Origin: Eledone cirrhosa
Lineage: Eukaryota
Reading direction: 5' to 3'
DNA length: 64,000 nucleotides
Assembly: GCA_964016885.1 (NCBI GenBank)
Contig: OZ024741.1
Location: 94,798,001-94,862,000 of the forward strand
Both the position numbers and the translations under genes were made by a program. The stretch's first letter is position 1. Each line of letters starts with the position of its first letter. Of the stretch, positions 1 through 12,013 are shown piece after piece. Below the pieces are notes generated by a model. It was not told the DNA's origin. It was given only the letters and a program-made list of their open reading frames with translations, and searched no databases.

Positions 1-103
1 GCGACCTGCTCTAGAACCATTCTATCTGAACAGGTGTGCTTGACATGGAAATATTTTTACAGCCGCCCGAAGACAAAAAAAGATATAAATAGATAAGTAT
101 GTA

Positions 104-211
<108 letters not shown>

Positions 212-363
212 TATGGATTGAGAGGGATAAGGCTGCGTGGTTACTGATAACGACTGTTTGAAAATAAAGGGAACACAAACAAGAGATAGACATTTCCCCT
301 TCATCAGTTATCTACTACGGGTCACAGATGTTTCAGCGCATTATATATATATAATATAGAAAT

Positions 364-415
364 GGCTTCTACAGGACTAGAACTGTTTCATTCTAAGGAA
401 ATCATCAGGAAAGCC
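364..415 (-). ncRNA. Type I hammerhead ribozyme (mirror copy of 421-472)
   Basis: Reverse complement of the right arm, one substitution in stem II. Confidence 0.65.
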
Positions 416-420
416 CATCA

Positions 421-472
421 GGCTTTCCTGATGATTTCCTTGGAATGAAACAGTTCTAGTCCTGTAGAAGCC
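421..472 (+). ncRNA. Type I hammerhead ribozyme
   Basis: GGCTTTC-CTGATGA-T TTCC TT GGAA T-GAAA-CAG TTCTAGTC CTG-TA-GAAGCC; GUA triplet; T-T mismatch at base of stem II. Confidence 0.7.
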
Positions 473-1284
473 ATTTCTATATTAAATATTTATACTCTAT
501 GTATTGAGTACCTTACTGTGGTTACCCCCGATTGAACCCGGGATACACTTATATATATATGTGTTTTAATTGAACACCGAGAAGAACTGCTATCTAGAGG
601 AGAGAGGACTCTAAATTTGGTTTCTTTCTTTGTTTTAATCTAATAAATGAAATTAAGTAACGAAAAAGTAAATGAATAGCTATCAACTGAATTGCTAAAA
701 ATCATACCACCTCACCTACTCAGAATGAGCTGTTTAGTTGCGAAGATCCAGGTCAATGATTCGAAAAGACAACATACAAGTGGTTCTTTTTATTATATGG
801 TATTAAAAATATGGTAATAGGACATACCTAAGCAACTATTCAACGAAGAAAGAGAATAAATAAAACAAAGAAAAACCATTGAAGATATTATTGAAAAAAT
901 ACGTGAACCAAATAAAACCTAGTCAGTCTGAAAAAAATATATATATATATATATGTACATGCAATATATATTTTTTTCTTTTCATAGAACAGGCTGAATG
1001 AGTTGGGGTGTAAAACCCAACGAACTTAAGTACTTGTATGTCACTGTTGTAACTAATTATATATATATATACATGTGTGTGTGTATTAAGCAATATCAAG
1101 GTATAACCATAAATATATGAATAATCTTTGAATTAATTACCTTGTATATTTTATAATTTAAATTACTCGCACTACATTTTCACCCACTCTTTTTAAAAGT
1201 TATATATAAAATTCTTTTGTCAACGTACTTACTCATCGTTACACTAGTCATGTAATTTTACAAGCGCGCGCGACACTTCTTACG

Positions 1285-1475
1285 GGGGATTGGCAGTATC
1301 GGTAGAGGGTCGGAAGTCATGCTTTGACGCATAGAGTTACGGCCCTTGCCATTCTGAGTTCAAATCCTGCCAAGGTTAACTTTGCCTTTCATCCTTACGG
1401 GGTCGATAAAATAAAGTACCAGTAATACACTGGATATTTGCTGGCCTTGTGCCAAAAGTAGAAACAATTATATTA
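1285..1475 (+). mobile_element. tRNA-derived SINE family A (representative copy)
   Basis: A-box-like TGGCAGTATCGG, B-box GAGTTCAAATCC, conserved core GCCTTTCATCCTTACGGGGTCGATAAAATAAAGTACCAGT, ATT tail. Other copies at about 2105, 5537, 19425(-), 25845, 26608(-), 27188, 28900, 30903(-), 33100, 53458, 54770(-), 57508(-), 60503, 62190, 62985(-). Confidence 0.85.
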
Positions 1476-3554
1476 AAGTTAAGGTGAATTGGCAGTATCG
1501 GTAGAGAGTCGGAACAATTATATTAAAGTTAATGTTTCTGTGGCGTAAAAATTTGTCATGTTATGGAAACAGGATGGTAAGTGTGTGTGCGCTATAGAGA
1601 AGAGAGCGGTGGTGGTGGCAGCAGTTCGAATACCGAATTAAAATATATATATTTCTATCTGACGTCTTCAATTTCTATCTCACAGGGCCGGATTTAATGG
1701 GGGACGAAGAGGACCAACCAGCTACACCCGTAGCAATTTATTTGTGCCTTCTGCTGAGCTTTTTAGTTTTATACCTTTGAAACGAGAACAATATTTTTAA
1801 CAAAAAGTGTTTAATATCTTTACTGTGGAAACATTCATTAAATGTTCATGTTTTTTTTTTAAATTGCTTTCTATATCGGTTTCTGTTCTATTTCTAAAAC
1901 TCAAGGTTAGCTGTAAGATAGGCATTAAATGTATTATGTATTGTTATAAGAAGTAACAATATGAGATCCATATACCAAAGATGAATAATGCTACAACTCA
2001 ATATTACTTGGTATCATGTGGCCCGTGCAGATTGCGAAACTCTAAAATGTAACTTAGCTTATGCCTAAATGCAGCACTGATTGTAGAAAGCAGTCAACAT
2101 TATGAGTTCAAATTCCGCCGAGGTTAACTTTGCCTTTCATCCTTACGGGGGTCGATAAAATAAAGTACCAGTAATACACTGGGATAATTGCTAGCCTTGT
2201 GCCAAAAGTAGAAACTATTATCAAGCTATCACCCACTACTGTTGGCCTATTATGGCTTTACCATAATTCAAAGCAATGAATTTTAGAAAAAAATAATGTT
2301 TAGCTTGTTCCTGAAAGCAAAAGGTAAAAAAAAATAATAATTGAGATGACTAAACAGTAAACAAGCTAAGAAATCTTCTACATCAGCAATGAGAATCCCC
2401 CTCACTCATGGGCAAAATTTCACCTACATTCACATTATGAACTGCTTGCTGTTAATACCTCTAATATTCATTGATAATAAAGTTAAAGCCTTAATACTAA
2501 AACAGTAATTTAATATAAATTTCTCTGCATAGATGCATTCTATACAAGTTGTTATGCATTTGCAATTTACCCCTAGTACTAGAATGTTTCTCCGCCCTTC
2601 TACTGGCTAGATATAACAACCAATTTCACATCACTTAAAAATAAAAGGAAAACTACAGTCTGAAAATTTCTTATCGTGTCCACAAAAGTGTCAGTTACAA
2701 AGCTTGGCTAGATGTGGTTCCGCTACAGCTGGAGACATTGCTGTCCTTTCTCATTAAACTCTGACAAGTCCAATGCTGTGCAAAGGTGTTCCATCAGGGG
2801 GTATATCAGGAGGTGCTACATAGTCTGTGGTTCGATGCTGCAGTCACACACAATGACCCCCAACCTTTAAATATCCCCATTTTGCCAGATTGACTTTTGC
2901 ACATCCAACACCAAGTCTGAAAATAAAGATGGGATGGTCATGGCTGAAATGCTTTGCTTTTAGGTCTGCTTGATCAGAATTGACTCACTTGGCAACAATA
3001 ACTGAACAGAAATCAGAATAGCATCCAAGTCTCCCTCAAATCACACTACTTTCTTTGAAAAAAAAGTTGGTTAATGTAGCCATCTGGAAAAAATAAGATG
3101 ATAAGATGAGATGCTCAATCAAAGCTGACCATGAACAACAACACAGTAGAAAATGTGAAAAGAAATTGGGTCTCATGTGTGCTACTCTCAACTTTTTTCT
3201 GTTCAAGGGCTTTTATCCCCAATTTATTAGACTTTTTTTTCAAAGGAAAAAAAAATATGTTGAAGCTTCTAAATTTTCTATAAAATATTTTATTTTTCTG
3301 CAATTTTTATAAATGAAAGAAGTACTGTATGATATCTTAGGTCTTTGTTATTTATCTGCACCTCTACATAGTGAAGGCCTAGCAAGATCATTTATTTGTT
3401 TATGGAAGACCAGCAATTGCTCTGTAACAAGTGTCTCTTCTCTATACTACAGATGCTGTTCAAAGAAAAATCATGATCTGATATAGCTTGCCACCAATGT
3501 CATCATACATGAAATCAGAATTAAAGAACCAGAAAAATATGATTGTGAATATAA

Positions 3555-3918
3555 ACAGCCGAAATGGGATTCCTCCGAAGGATCTTTGGAGTAACATTAC
3601 TTGATAAAGTACATAACTCAGAGATCAGAGAGTCACTCCAGGAAGAGCCACTACTTCTCAGAATTGAGAGATCACAGCTCTGGTACTATGGACATATGGT
3701 TAGAATGTCTCAGGAAAGAATTGCTGGACAGATTTTACAAGCAAAGCCAACGGGTAGGAGACTCAAGGGTAGACCCAAGCAAGATGGTTGGCTGGTCACG
3801 CTTGGGGATCCAGCCAGATCAGTTGGAGGTGGTTGCTTCTGATAGGACCCGCTGGAAGGAGTGTTTAAGGACTCTGCCTCCCTGACCCTTTCAGGAATAA
3901 GTGGGAAAAGAAGAAGAC
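3555..3918 (+). mobile_element. 5'-truncated RTE LINE 3' end
   Basis: EMGFLRRIFGVTLLDKVHNSEIR...QLWYYGH...GRP is an RTE C-terminus; ends in a GAA-repeat tail; a related minus-strand copy lies at about 7055-7300. Confidence 0.8.
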
Positions 3919-6159
3919 CTCAAGGCATCACTCAATAAGCAATAAAAATTATTATCAACGCTCTAACAATTCTGCTAATACATAGCCCAGTCTAGTACTG
4001 CATATATATATAACCTTATAGGCTAAATAAAAACTAGTTCCACAAATACTTACTGACTAATGGCAACATAGAAGGGTTGGATTAACTATTAAGCTAAATA
4101 AGCACATGCTTAGGGCATCAAGGGAAGAAGGGCACATTTTGTTCAAATTAAATGTATTAGCCATTCCAAAATAAATTTTATTGGTAGACTTTATAAGGGG
4201 GACCCTTTGGTAAAGAATTACTGTATATACTTGAATATGTGCCAATGAAGGAATATATGACCAAAAAATTTGATGGTAAAATGGGTGGGGGGGGGGGGGG
4301 ACTCTGTTTATATATGCTATCTAAACAATTTGTTGATTAGTTACCTCAGCTTATAAACGGGATATGATCTTTTGCCCATTTCTCAGACATAGAATAGGGA
4401 GGTCGGCTTATATTTGAGTAAATACAGTACCTTTCTTATAAATCATTTTAATTCTTTTATTCTGTTCTGTTGCTTGTAAATATATCATATATATGCTTAT
4501 GTATGTAACCAATGAATATATCATGTATGGCTACAAAAGTACTTGATCACTGGAGCTACACTCCTCTTCCTTCTTCCAACCACATGTCTGTAGTACTGGA
4601 GTTGTGATCTCTCAATGCAGAGAAGTAGCAGCTCTATTTGCTCATCTTACCTAAGCTAATTATGAGATGAAATGAGGCTTACAATTTCCTTGGGTCTATT
4701 ACCAGCTTTGCATCAAGCTGTTGGTACTTATTGATCCAGGAAGAATGAAAAAATCAAAGCTAACCATGGCAGGATTTGTATATAGAATGTGATGCACCAA
4801 ACCAGATGGCATAAAATATTTAACCATTCATCATTTCTACAACTCGTCTTATTACTATGGTGATAACAGTAAAAAAAAAAAAAATAGAGTACAACTCAGC
4901 TCAATAGTAAGATGTAAAATTTTAGTTTATATTAGTCATACAGACAAGAAAAATGTTATATGTAGAGCAAGCAATTAAAATTATAATCTTGGGAAACACT
5001 GTAAATAATAGCTGGCATAACTGCCTTGAGTTTTGCTTATTATTAACGATTAGATATAGTATAGTACAAAAAAAATATATGGAGGTTGTGCCCCAACACG
5101 GCTGCAATGCAATGATTGAAACGAGTGAAATAATTAAACAATAATGAAATGGTTTATTGAAATATGTAGCAACTGTTGTTTTAACTGCAAATATCAACAA
5201 TTTTATTAAACACTATTAAATATCTAGCAGTGAAATAAATTTAGAAAGAGAAAATTGGTGAAAAAAACATAAATTAAGAACTGAAATATTCAACATTGTA
5301 ATAGAAGATTAGGGTAAATAAAATGAATTTTGTAGAGCTGTTAAATGTTGAGTAGATCCATTCAATTTTGTCTGAGTTCACCTATAACACACAAAATCTA
5401 AAAGAGGCTCTGCAACATGAAAACATTACATTCTGAGCCAAGTACAGTGATTTGAAAATACAGATGTTAAAGTTATGATCATCTACACCTAATCTGTTGT
5501 CTTCATCCAAGTTCCAGTTGTATCATTATTATAAGAGTGATGGATTGGCAGAATTGGTAGAGCATTGGACAACATGCTTGGCGCCATAGAGTTACGGCCC
5601 TTTACGTCCCGATTTCAAATTCTGCTGAGGTTAGCTTTGCCTTTCATCCATACGGGATCAATGAAATAAAGTACCAGTAATGCACTGGGGTCAATTTAAT
5701 CACCCCCCCCCCCCCAATTGCTGGCCTTGTGCTTAAAGTAGAAACAATTATCATAATCGTCATCATTTAAAGTTTGCATTCCATTTTTGCAAGGGTTAGA
5801 TATGTTGAAACAATCCAAGACAAGTCGGTCAGAAGTGACTCCATCTTGCTTATGTTCCATATTTGACAAGGTTTCTACAGCTAGATGCCCTTCCTAATGC
5901 CAACCATCTTACATACTATATTGGAAGCGTTTTTCATGGCACTACCACTACCACTTGACTGAGTGCATTATAATGTGGCACCAGCACTAATACTTTACAG
6001 GGTGTACTGGTTGCATTTTATTGAAGTTATCATATGCTTGACCAGACAAAAGAATACTCACCAACCCTATATTATCTCCCTTTAATTGCCAAACACTTTA
6101 GTGTGTGTGTTATCTCCTTCAGGCGGTTCAGTTTGAATATATATATATATATATATATA

Positions 6160-6805
6160 TAAATTAATTAAAGGTTAATTAGTCTCTAATACTTAAACAT
6201 CTCAATGAGAGAAATCTCTCAGAGAAGCAATATTATATCTTAAAATTAAGAGAGAAAAAACTCTAATTATGGGAATACAAACAAGATAGACAAAAAAAAT
6301 ATTCTATCTAACCTCACTTATATATAGATCTCCCTACCATGGTTTCGTATAGGGAAGAATTCTTATAGGAACCACCAATAATTGAAAAATCCATATACTC
6401 TTCAGGGGAGTTTAATTTTTCAAGTTTTCATTTTTATCGCTGCTGTTTTCATTGTTGATATTGCTATTTGTGTTGGATTCATTCTCACTATTCTTTTGAT
6501 TGTTCAAAACCATATTATTTAAAATAATATGGTTTTATCTTTCCTTAAAAACTGTCTCCATTATAGAGACGCAGTCTTCCTCTTTATTTTTTTTCTGTTT
6601 CTGACAGCAACTCTCTCTCTATGTGAGACCTTTCGCTGCGTTCTCCTGGCTTTGTATCTGAATTCATGTTATAACTTCAAAATTGAACCACTATTAACCA
6701 TCCAGTTTTTTGCTCCCAAAGAACAGAGGACAGTAAAGTGCATCAAGCTTATCTCATCTTACGAATGAAAATAGTGAAGTGCTACACTATAACCTCATAT
6801 ATTAC
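6160..6805 (-). mobile_element. TA-flanked non-coding island, probable PLE pLTR fragment
   Basis: Bounded by (TA)n; contains the hammerhead at 6330-6410; no convincing ORF. Confidence 0.55.
6330..6410 (-). ncRNA. Type I hammerhead ribozyme with enlarged stem II loop
   Basis: Minus strand CTCCC-CTGAAGA-GTATA-(about 42 nt)-TATAC-GAAA-C CATG G-TA-GGGAG; all core positions intact. Confidence 0.85.
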
Positions 6806-7839
6806 ATATATATATATATATATATCGACTTTCGTCAAATCGGACCGAGGAAACAATGTTTCCATTGGTCTTTCCAATTGCTAATACTCTCTATCGGTCG
6901 CAACTCAAAGTAGAAGGAGTAACGTAAAATAAAGTCTTTCCCAAGGACATAACACATTGCCCGGTCCAGGAATTGAATATATATATGTGCATATATAATG
7001 GCCTATTCTACACTTGTGCTTCAGTGGTCACCTGAAATTGTGCTTTTAAATCCCTTCTTCTTTGCCCACACTTCCCAGAGGGTTCTATCAGAAACAACCA
7101 CTTCCAAATGACCCAGAAGGATCCTCAAGTAAAATCAACTGAGCTAATGGATGTTATCCAACCATCTTGCTTCTGGTCTACCTCTGGGTCTCCTGTTGGT
7201 TGGTTTTGACCATAAAATCACTCCAGTGACTCTTTCCTTAAACATTCTAACCACATGTCCATAGTACTTGAGTTGTGACTTCTTGATGTGGAGAAGTAGC
7301 AGTGAAACAATGTTTGGTTAGTTTTCAAAACTGTTGGTGTTTGTTATGTTACCATTAGAGACTAGGATACAAAACATATGATTCCAGCTCTTAAAATGAT
7401 AGAGTTAAATTTGATTATAAGTTTTAACACCCCTGTTAGCTGGTTGTCAAATTTGCCTTTCATCCATTCACGGTCGATAAAAAAAGTACCAGTCAAGTAC
7501 TGAGGTCGATTCCTCATCTATATCTCTTTCTCACTTCTTTTCTCTCCGTCTCTCTATCCTTCTTTGGAAGAAATCTACTATATCCAGGCCTGGAGAGGAG
7601 ATGGACTCCACCAGGTTTAAACAAATGCCCTAGAAATGGTGTATGTCAATATGGCGCCCCTACGACTCCTCAGGAGTTACGGTCCTTACCATACCATTAG
7701 CTGGTTAAGTGATTTGAGCATAACTTCCATTACTGTATTATGTTGTTCAAAAGAAAAGGATTTAGAATTTCCAGTACCAATACTTCTGATAGTATATTTG
7801 AGGTAAAAATTATCTAGTCATATATATATATAATATATA

Positions 7840-9145
7840 ATAATGAAATATTGTGTACAGTGCTCAGGTGCACTACAATTCATCAAAAAGTGTATGTATA
7901 GTACATAGGGTAATGTACAAACGTCAGGAAAATGAACAGTGCATGAGTCATGATATACACATGTATGGAAGGGGTACATCAGGTGTAGTTTTGGCGTATT
8001 TCGGGAAGCATGAGGGTTTTAAAGGATGCAGTGTCTCGGCAGCTAACAACTGACGCAGGCAGTTTGTTCCATGCTTCAGCAACTCTGAGTGTGAAAAAAT
8101 GTTTACGAAAGTCATGGGAGCTGTGCTGTTTTCTGATTTTGTAGGCATGTCCACGCGTGTTAGACACATGGAGATCAAAAAGGTGCTCAGGGTTGTTGTT
8201 GGCGAGATGGTTAATAACTTTGTGGGTGTTTACCAAGTCCATTGCCAGACGTCAGAGCTTCAATGAATCCATGCCCAGGGAAGCAAGGCATTCAGAGTAT
8301 GGTAGGTGTCTGATGGAGGGTATGCGCTTGGTGGCACGTCTCTGGAAACTTCCAGGAGGTCAATGTTCTGAGCAAGATAGGGGTTCTAGACTGATGATGC
8401 GAATTCCAAGTGTGGTTGTACCATAGCTGTATACAGCTTTAAATAGATGGCTGGAGAGCGGCTAACAAAGGTCTTGCTGAGTGATGCCAAGACACCCTTG
8501 GCCTTCTTGACAATCTTAGAGATATGCTTTGTCCAACGCAAATTGCTGCTAACAGCAATGCCCAGGTCACGTTCACAAGAGGACTTCTTGATATCAGTGT
8601 TGTGGAGGGAGTATGTGGACGCTGGATTTTTCCTCCCAAAATGCATGGTGGTACACTTGTCCACAGCCAGCTTCAGTTGCCAGTCTGTGATCCATTGCTG
8701 CATTATGTCCAGGTCTGATTGTAGGAAAGAGTTGTAGATTTCAGGATCAGTCCTTTTGATTTCAAGGTACAGCTTGATGTCATCTGCATATGTCAGTACT
8801 GTGGCATTCTTTAAGTTGGCATCTATGTCATTAATATATGCCACAAACAAAAGGGGACCAAGAACAGATCCCTGTGGTACACCAGATGACATCTCATATG
8901 GTGAAGAATGCTGTCCTAGAACCGTGACTACCTCTTTTCTTCTGAGAATGAAGGATTTCAACCAGTTAAAAAGATCATCCCTCACACCCATTGCAGAGAG
9001 TTTTGCCATAATTCTTTTGTGTGGCACAGAAATAAAAGCCTTAGCAAAGTCAAGGTAAACAACATCCACCCATGAGCCGCTGTCAGTGATCCGGGTGATG
9101 TCTTCAAGGAACTCAATAAGCTGATCACAGCTTGAAAGTCCATCA
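7840..9145 (-). mobile_element. CR1-group LINE, 5'-truncated, frameshifted RT
   Basis: VDVVYLDFAKAF, SGVPQGSVLGPLLF, YADD, ERDLG, then TRGHAYK...RKHFFTLRVAEAWNKLP; another copy of its 3' end at about 30835-31215 is split by a SINE. Confidence 0.9.
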
Positions 9146-9575
9146 TTCATTGATATTACCATAGAGATCAAACCTTAGTTCCTACACTTTAGAAAATAGA
9201 GATATATTTGCTTATATAAAAAATATTTCATCAGGTACTATAGTTAAGACAGATTTGCCAGTTAAATTGGCAAGCTGAGAAATTTATATTACCTAGTTAG
9301 TGTTGCCACTTACAGACTCATTACCAGAGTAAATATGGTAATGAAAATGGTCTTATAAAAATAATACTTGACTGAAATTTATGAATGTTATTATCACATT
9401 GGTAAAATTCATAAAGGATTAAACTAATATAGCAATATTTAGAAAAAAAAGTGGACAAGCTTTTCAAATATGCTAAATGGTTTTTTCTTATATACATATA
9501 TATATATATATGTGAATATATATGTATATATGTATATATGTATATATATAATATATGTATATATATAATATATGT

Positions 9576-11310
9576 ATCATCATCATCATCATCATCATCA
9601 TCGTTTAATGTCCATATTCCACGCTTGCATGGGTTTGGACGGGAGTTTTCCTACTTGAGGCAAGAGTGGTTGTCTTGCTCGCATAGGACTGTCTGGCTGG
9701 TTTTCTACGGCTGGATGCCTTTCCTAACACCAACCACATTTACAGTATGGAACTGGGAGGTTTTTACTGTGTTACCTGCATGGCCACATTACAGCGTGGA
9801 CTGTGTGTTTTTTTGTCGTGACACCTACACGACCTCATTTGTTTCGGGCTGGATGTTGTGACACCAACATAACTTTACATTGAAAGGGGTGGTGTGGATG
9901 GGGTGGGGGTAGTGGGACGGGGGTGTATTTTGTTAGAGGTGCCTACTGACTGTAGTAGGTTTCACTTTGTACTTAGGTAAGGCGGGTCTTCTCTATTACT
10001 GTGTAGCGCCAAAGCTCTCGGTCCAGTGACATTGTCTTGGAGAGGTGTAAGTGTGTGAGGTCGGAATTTGTCAAGGTTTTTCTGGGTCTGCCTACTCCGT
10101 GGCTACCGTCTATTTTTATTGCCCTGCACTTTTTTATACAGCTGCCGTCTTTCATGCGCATCACGTGACCATACCAACGTAGTCTTCTCTCGAGTAAACA
10201 TCTGATCCCTCTTATTTCTAATTTCTCCCTTAGTTCGTTTATGCTTTGCCGTTCACGTATATTGCTATTACACATCCAGCGGAGCATGCAAGCTTTGTTT
10301 CTCTCCAGTCTGCGTATATCCTCTGCACACAATGCCCAGGTCTCACTGCCATGTAACATTGCTGTTCGTATGCAGGCATCATACAGCCTGCCTTTCATTT
10401 TTAGAGAGAACCCTTTAGCGGCCAATAGTGGTATAAGCTCTCTGAACTTTTTCCATCCCGTTCTGACTCTAGCTACTGTACTTTCAGAGCACCCTCCCCC
10501 ACTGCTGATTTTATCACCCAGGTAACGGAAGCTGTCCACTATTTCTATAGCACCATCTGTGCAATGGAATGAGTTAGTATTCTGTGGGCACTTGCTGCTA
10601 CTTATTGCACCAGAGCACCGGCCACATATAAAATCTATATTCTTAGTTAGCTTACCTGTGATCCCACATCTTTTATGTACCCATACTTTGCATTTGGGAC
10701 ATAAAATAGAGTTTCTACCTACTCCTTTCCTACACACTGAGCATGGCCATTTCCCAGATGGGACCGGTGCCCTATTTTCCTTCCTACAAACTAGAACTTT
10801 AGTCTAGTTTGCCTTTTGATTCTAGGCCTTGCTTCCATGTTTGGAATTTCTTCTCTAGTTTAGCCATTGATTCAGCTATGAGCGTTAGATCATCTGCATA
10901 TAGGAGTTCCCATGGGCAGCTGGTCTTGAACTCCTCTGTTATAGCCTGAAGGGCAATAATAAATAGTAGGGGGCTAAGGACGGAGCCCTGATGAACACCA
11001 ACTTTTACGCTAAACTCTTCACTATATTCGTTGTTAATTCTAACCTTGCTGACTGTTTCTTTATACATGGCTTGTATAGCTCTCACAAGCCATTCATCAA
11101 CAACTAGTTTTCTAAGGGCCCACCAGATAATCGAGCGGGGTACTCTGTCAAAGGCTTTCTCCAAGTCAACAAAAGCTAAGTATAGGGGTTTACTTTTAGC
11201 TAGGTACTTCTCCTGTAGTTGTCGTACAATGAAAAGAGCGTCTGTTGTACTTTTTCCTGACACAAACCCGAACTGCATTTCGTCTAGATCAATTCGCTCT
11301 CTGATTAGTT
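9576..11310 (-). mobile_element. RTE LINE, 5'-truncated, frameshifted
   Basis: ORFs 10799-11278 and 9973-10737 (QFGF, DLEKAFDRVP, GVHQGSVLSP, YADD, RLRWYGH); (ATG)n tail at 9576-9602; TA tracts on both sides. Confidence 0.93.
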
Positions 11311-11679
11311 ACGCTATTATTACGCTATATAATATATGTATATATATATATGTGTATATATATATATACATGTATATATATATATACATGTATATATATA
11401 TATACATGTATATATACATATTTACCCATCTCATTACAGTTGAAAATTGCAAACTTGACTGTCACCACACAATATGAACCTGAAGATTGCGAAAGCATGA
11501 AAGTACTTGTTCAATTAACACTTAACATTTAATATTCTACCATACTATTTCATTCTAATACCATTATAAATTTTAAAGGATTGTAAATAAAACGAGTAAA
11601 TCAGACAAAGTTGGAATTCCTTTTATTAATATAATCTTCTATACACAATCATACACACCCGTATATTTATCTATATTGG

Positions 11680-11865
11680 ATTCACAATCTTGAGGTTGTG
11701 AGTTTGATTCCTGGACCGGGCGATGCGCTATGTCCTTGAGCAAGACACTTTATTTCACGTTGCTCCTTCTACCTGGAGTTGCGACCAATAGATAGTAATA
11801 GCAATTGGAAAGACCAACGGAAACATTGTTTCCTAGGTCCGATTTGACGAAAGTCAATCGATCCA
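11680..11865 (+). mobile_element. tRNA-derived SINE family B
   Basis: B-box-like GTTTGATTCC followed by TGTCCTTGAGCAAGACACTTTATTTCACGTTGCTCC; related copies at 6825-6975(-), 52700-52955(-), 53985-54055(-), 61525-61800(+). Confidence 0.65.
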
Positions 11866-11903
11866 AAAAAAATACACATATATATATACATCTCTATATA
11901 TAT

Positions 11904-11955
<52 letters not shown>

Positions 11956-12013
11956 ATATATATACCTATATATATATACCTATGTATATATATATATACC
12001 TATACCTACATAT

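Larger units (their letters stand above)
353..549 (+). mobile_element. Short PLE pLTR-like insertion with inverted 5' segment (about 63-bp arms, 353-415 / 421-483), between TA tracts
   Basis: Near-perfect palindrome followed by a unique tail; each arm carries a hammerhead; TA repeats on both sides. Confidence 0.65.

Noticed and set aside
245-312. Minus-strand GATAA-CTGATGA-AGGGGAA..TTCCCTT..CAAACAGTC-GTTATC
   Set aside because: Hammerhead-like, but GAAA is missing and spacing is off; at best a decayed copy.
1285-1375. tRNA gene
   Set aside because: A/B boxes belong to SINE heads; no cloverleaf, always followed by the SINE body.
1530-1582. Possible first exon ending ATG|GTAAGT near a CpG-containing patch
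   Set aside because: A single splice-like motif with no downstream coding exons identified.
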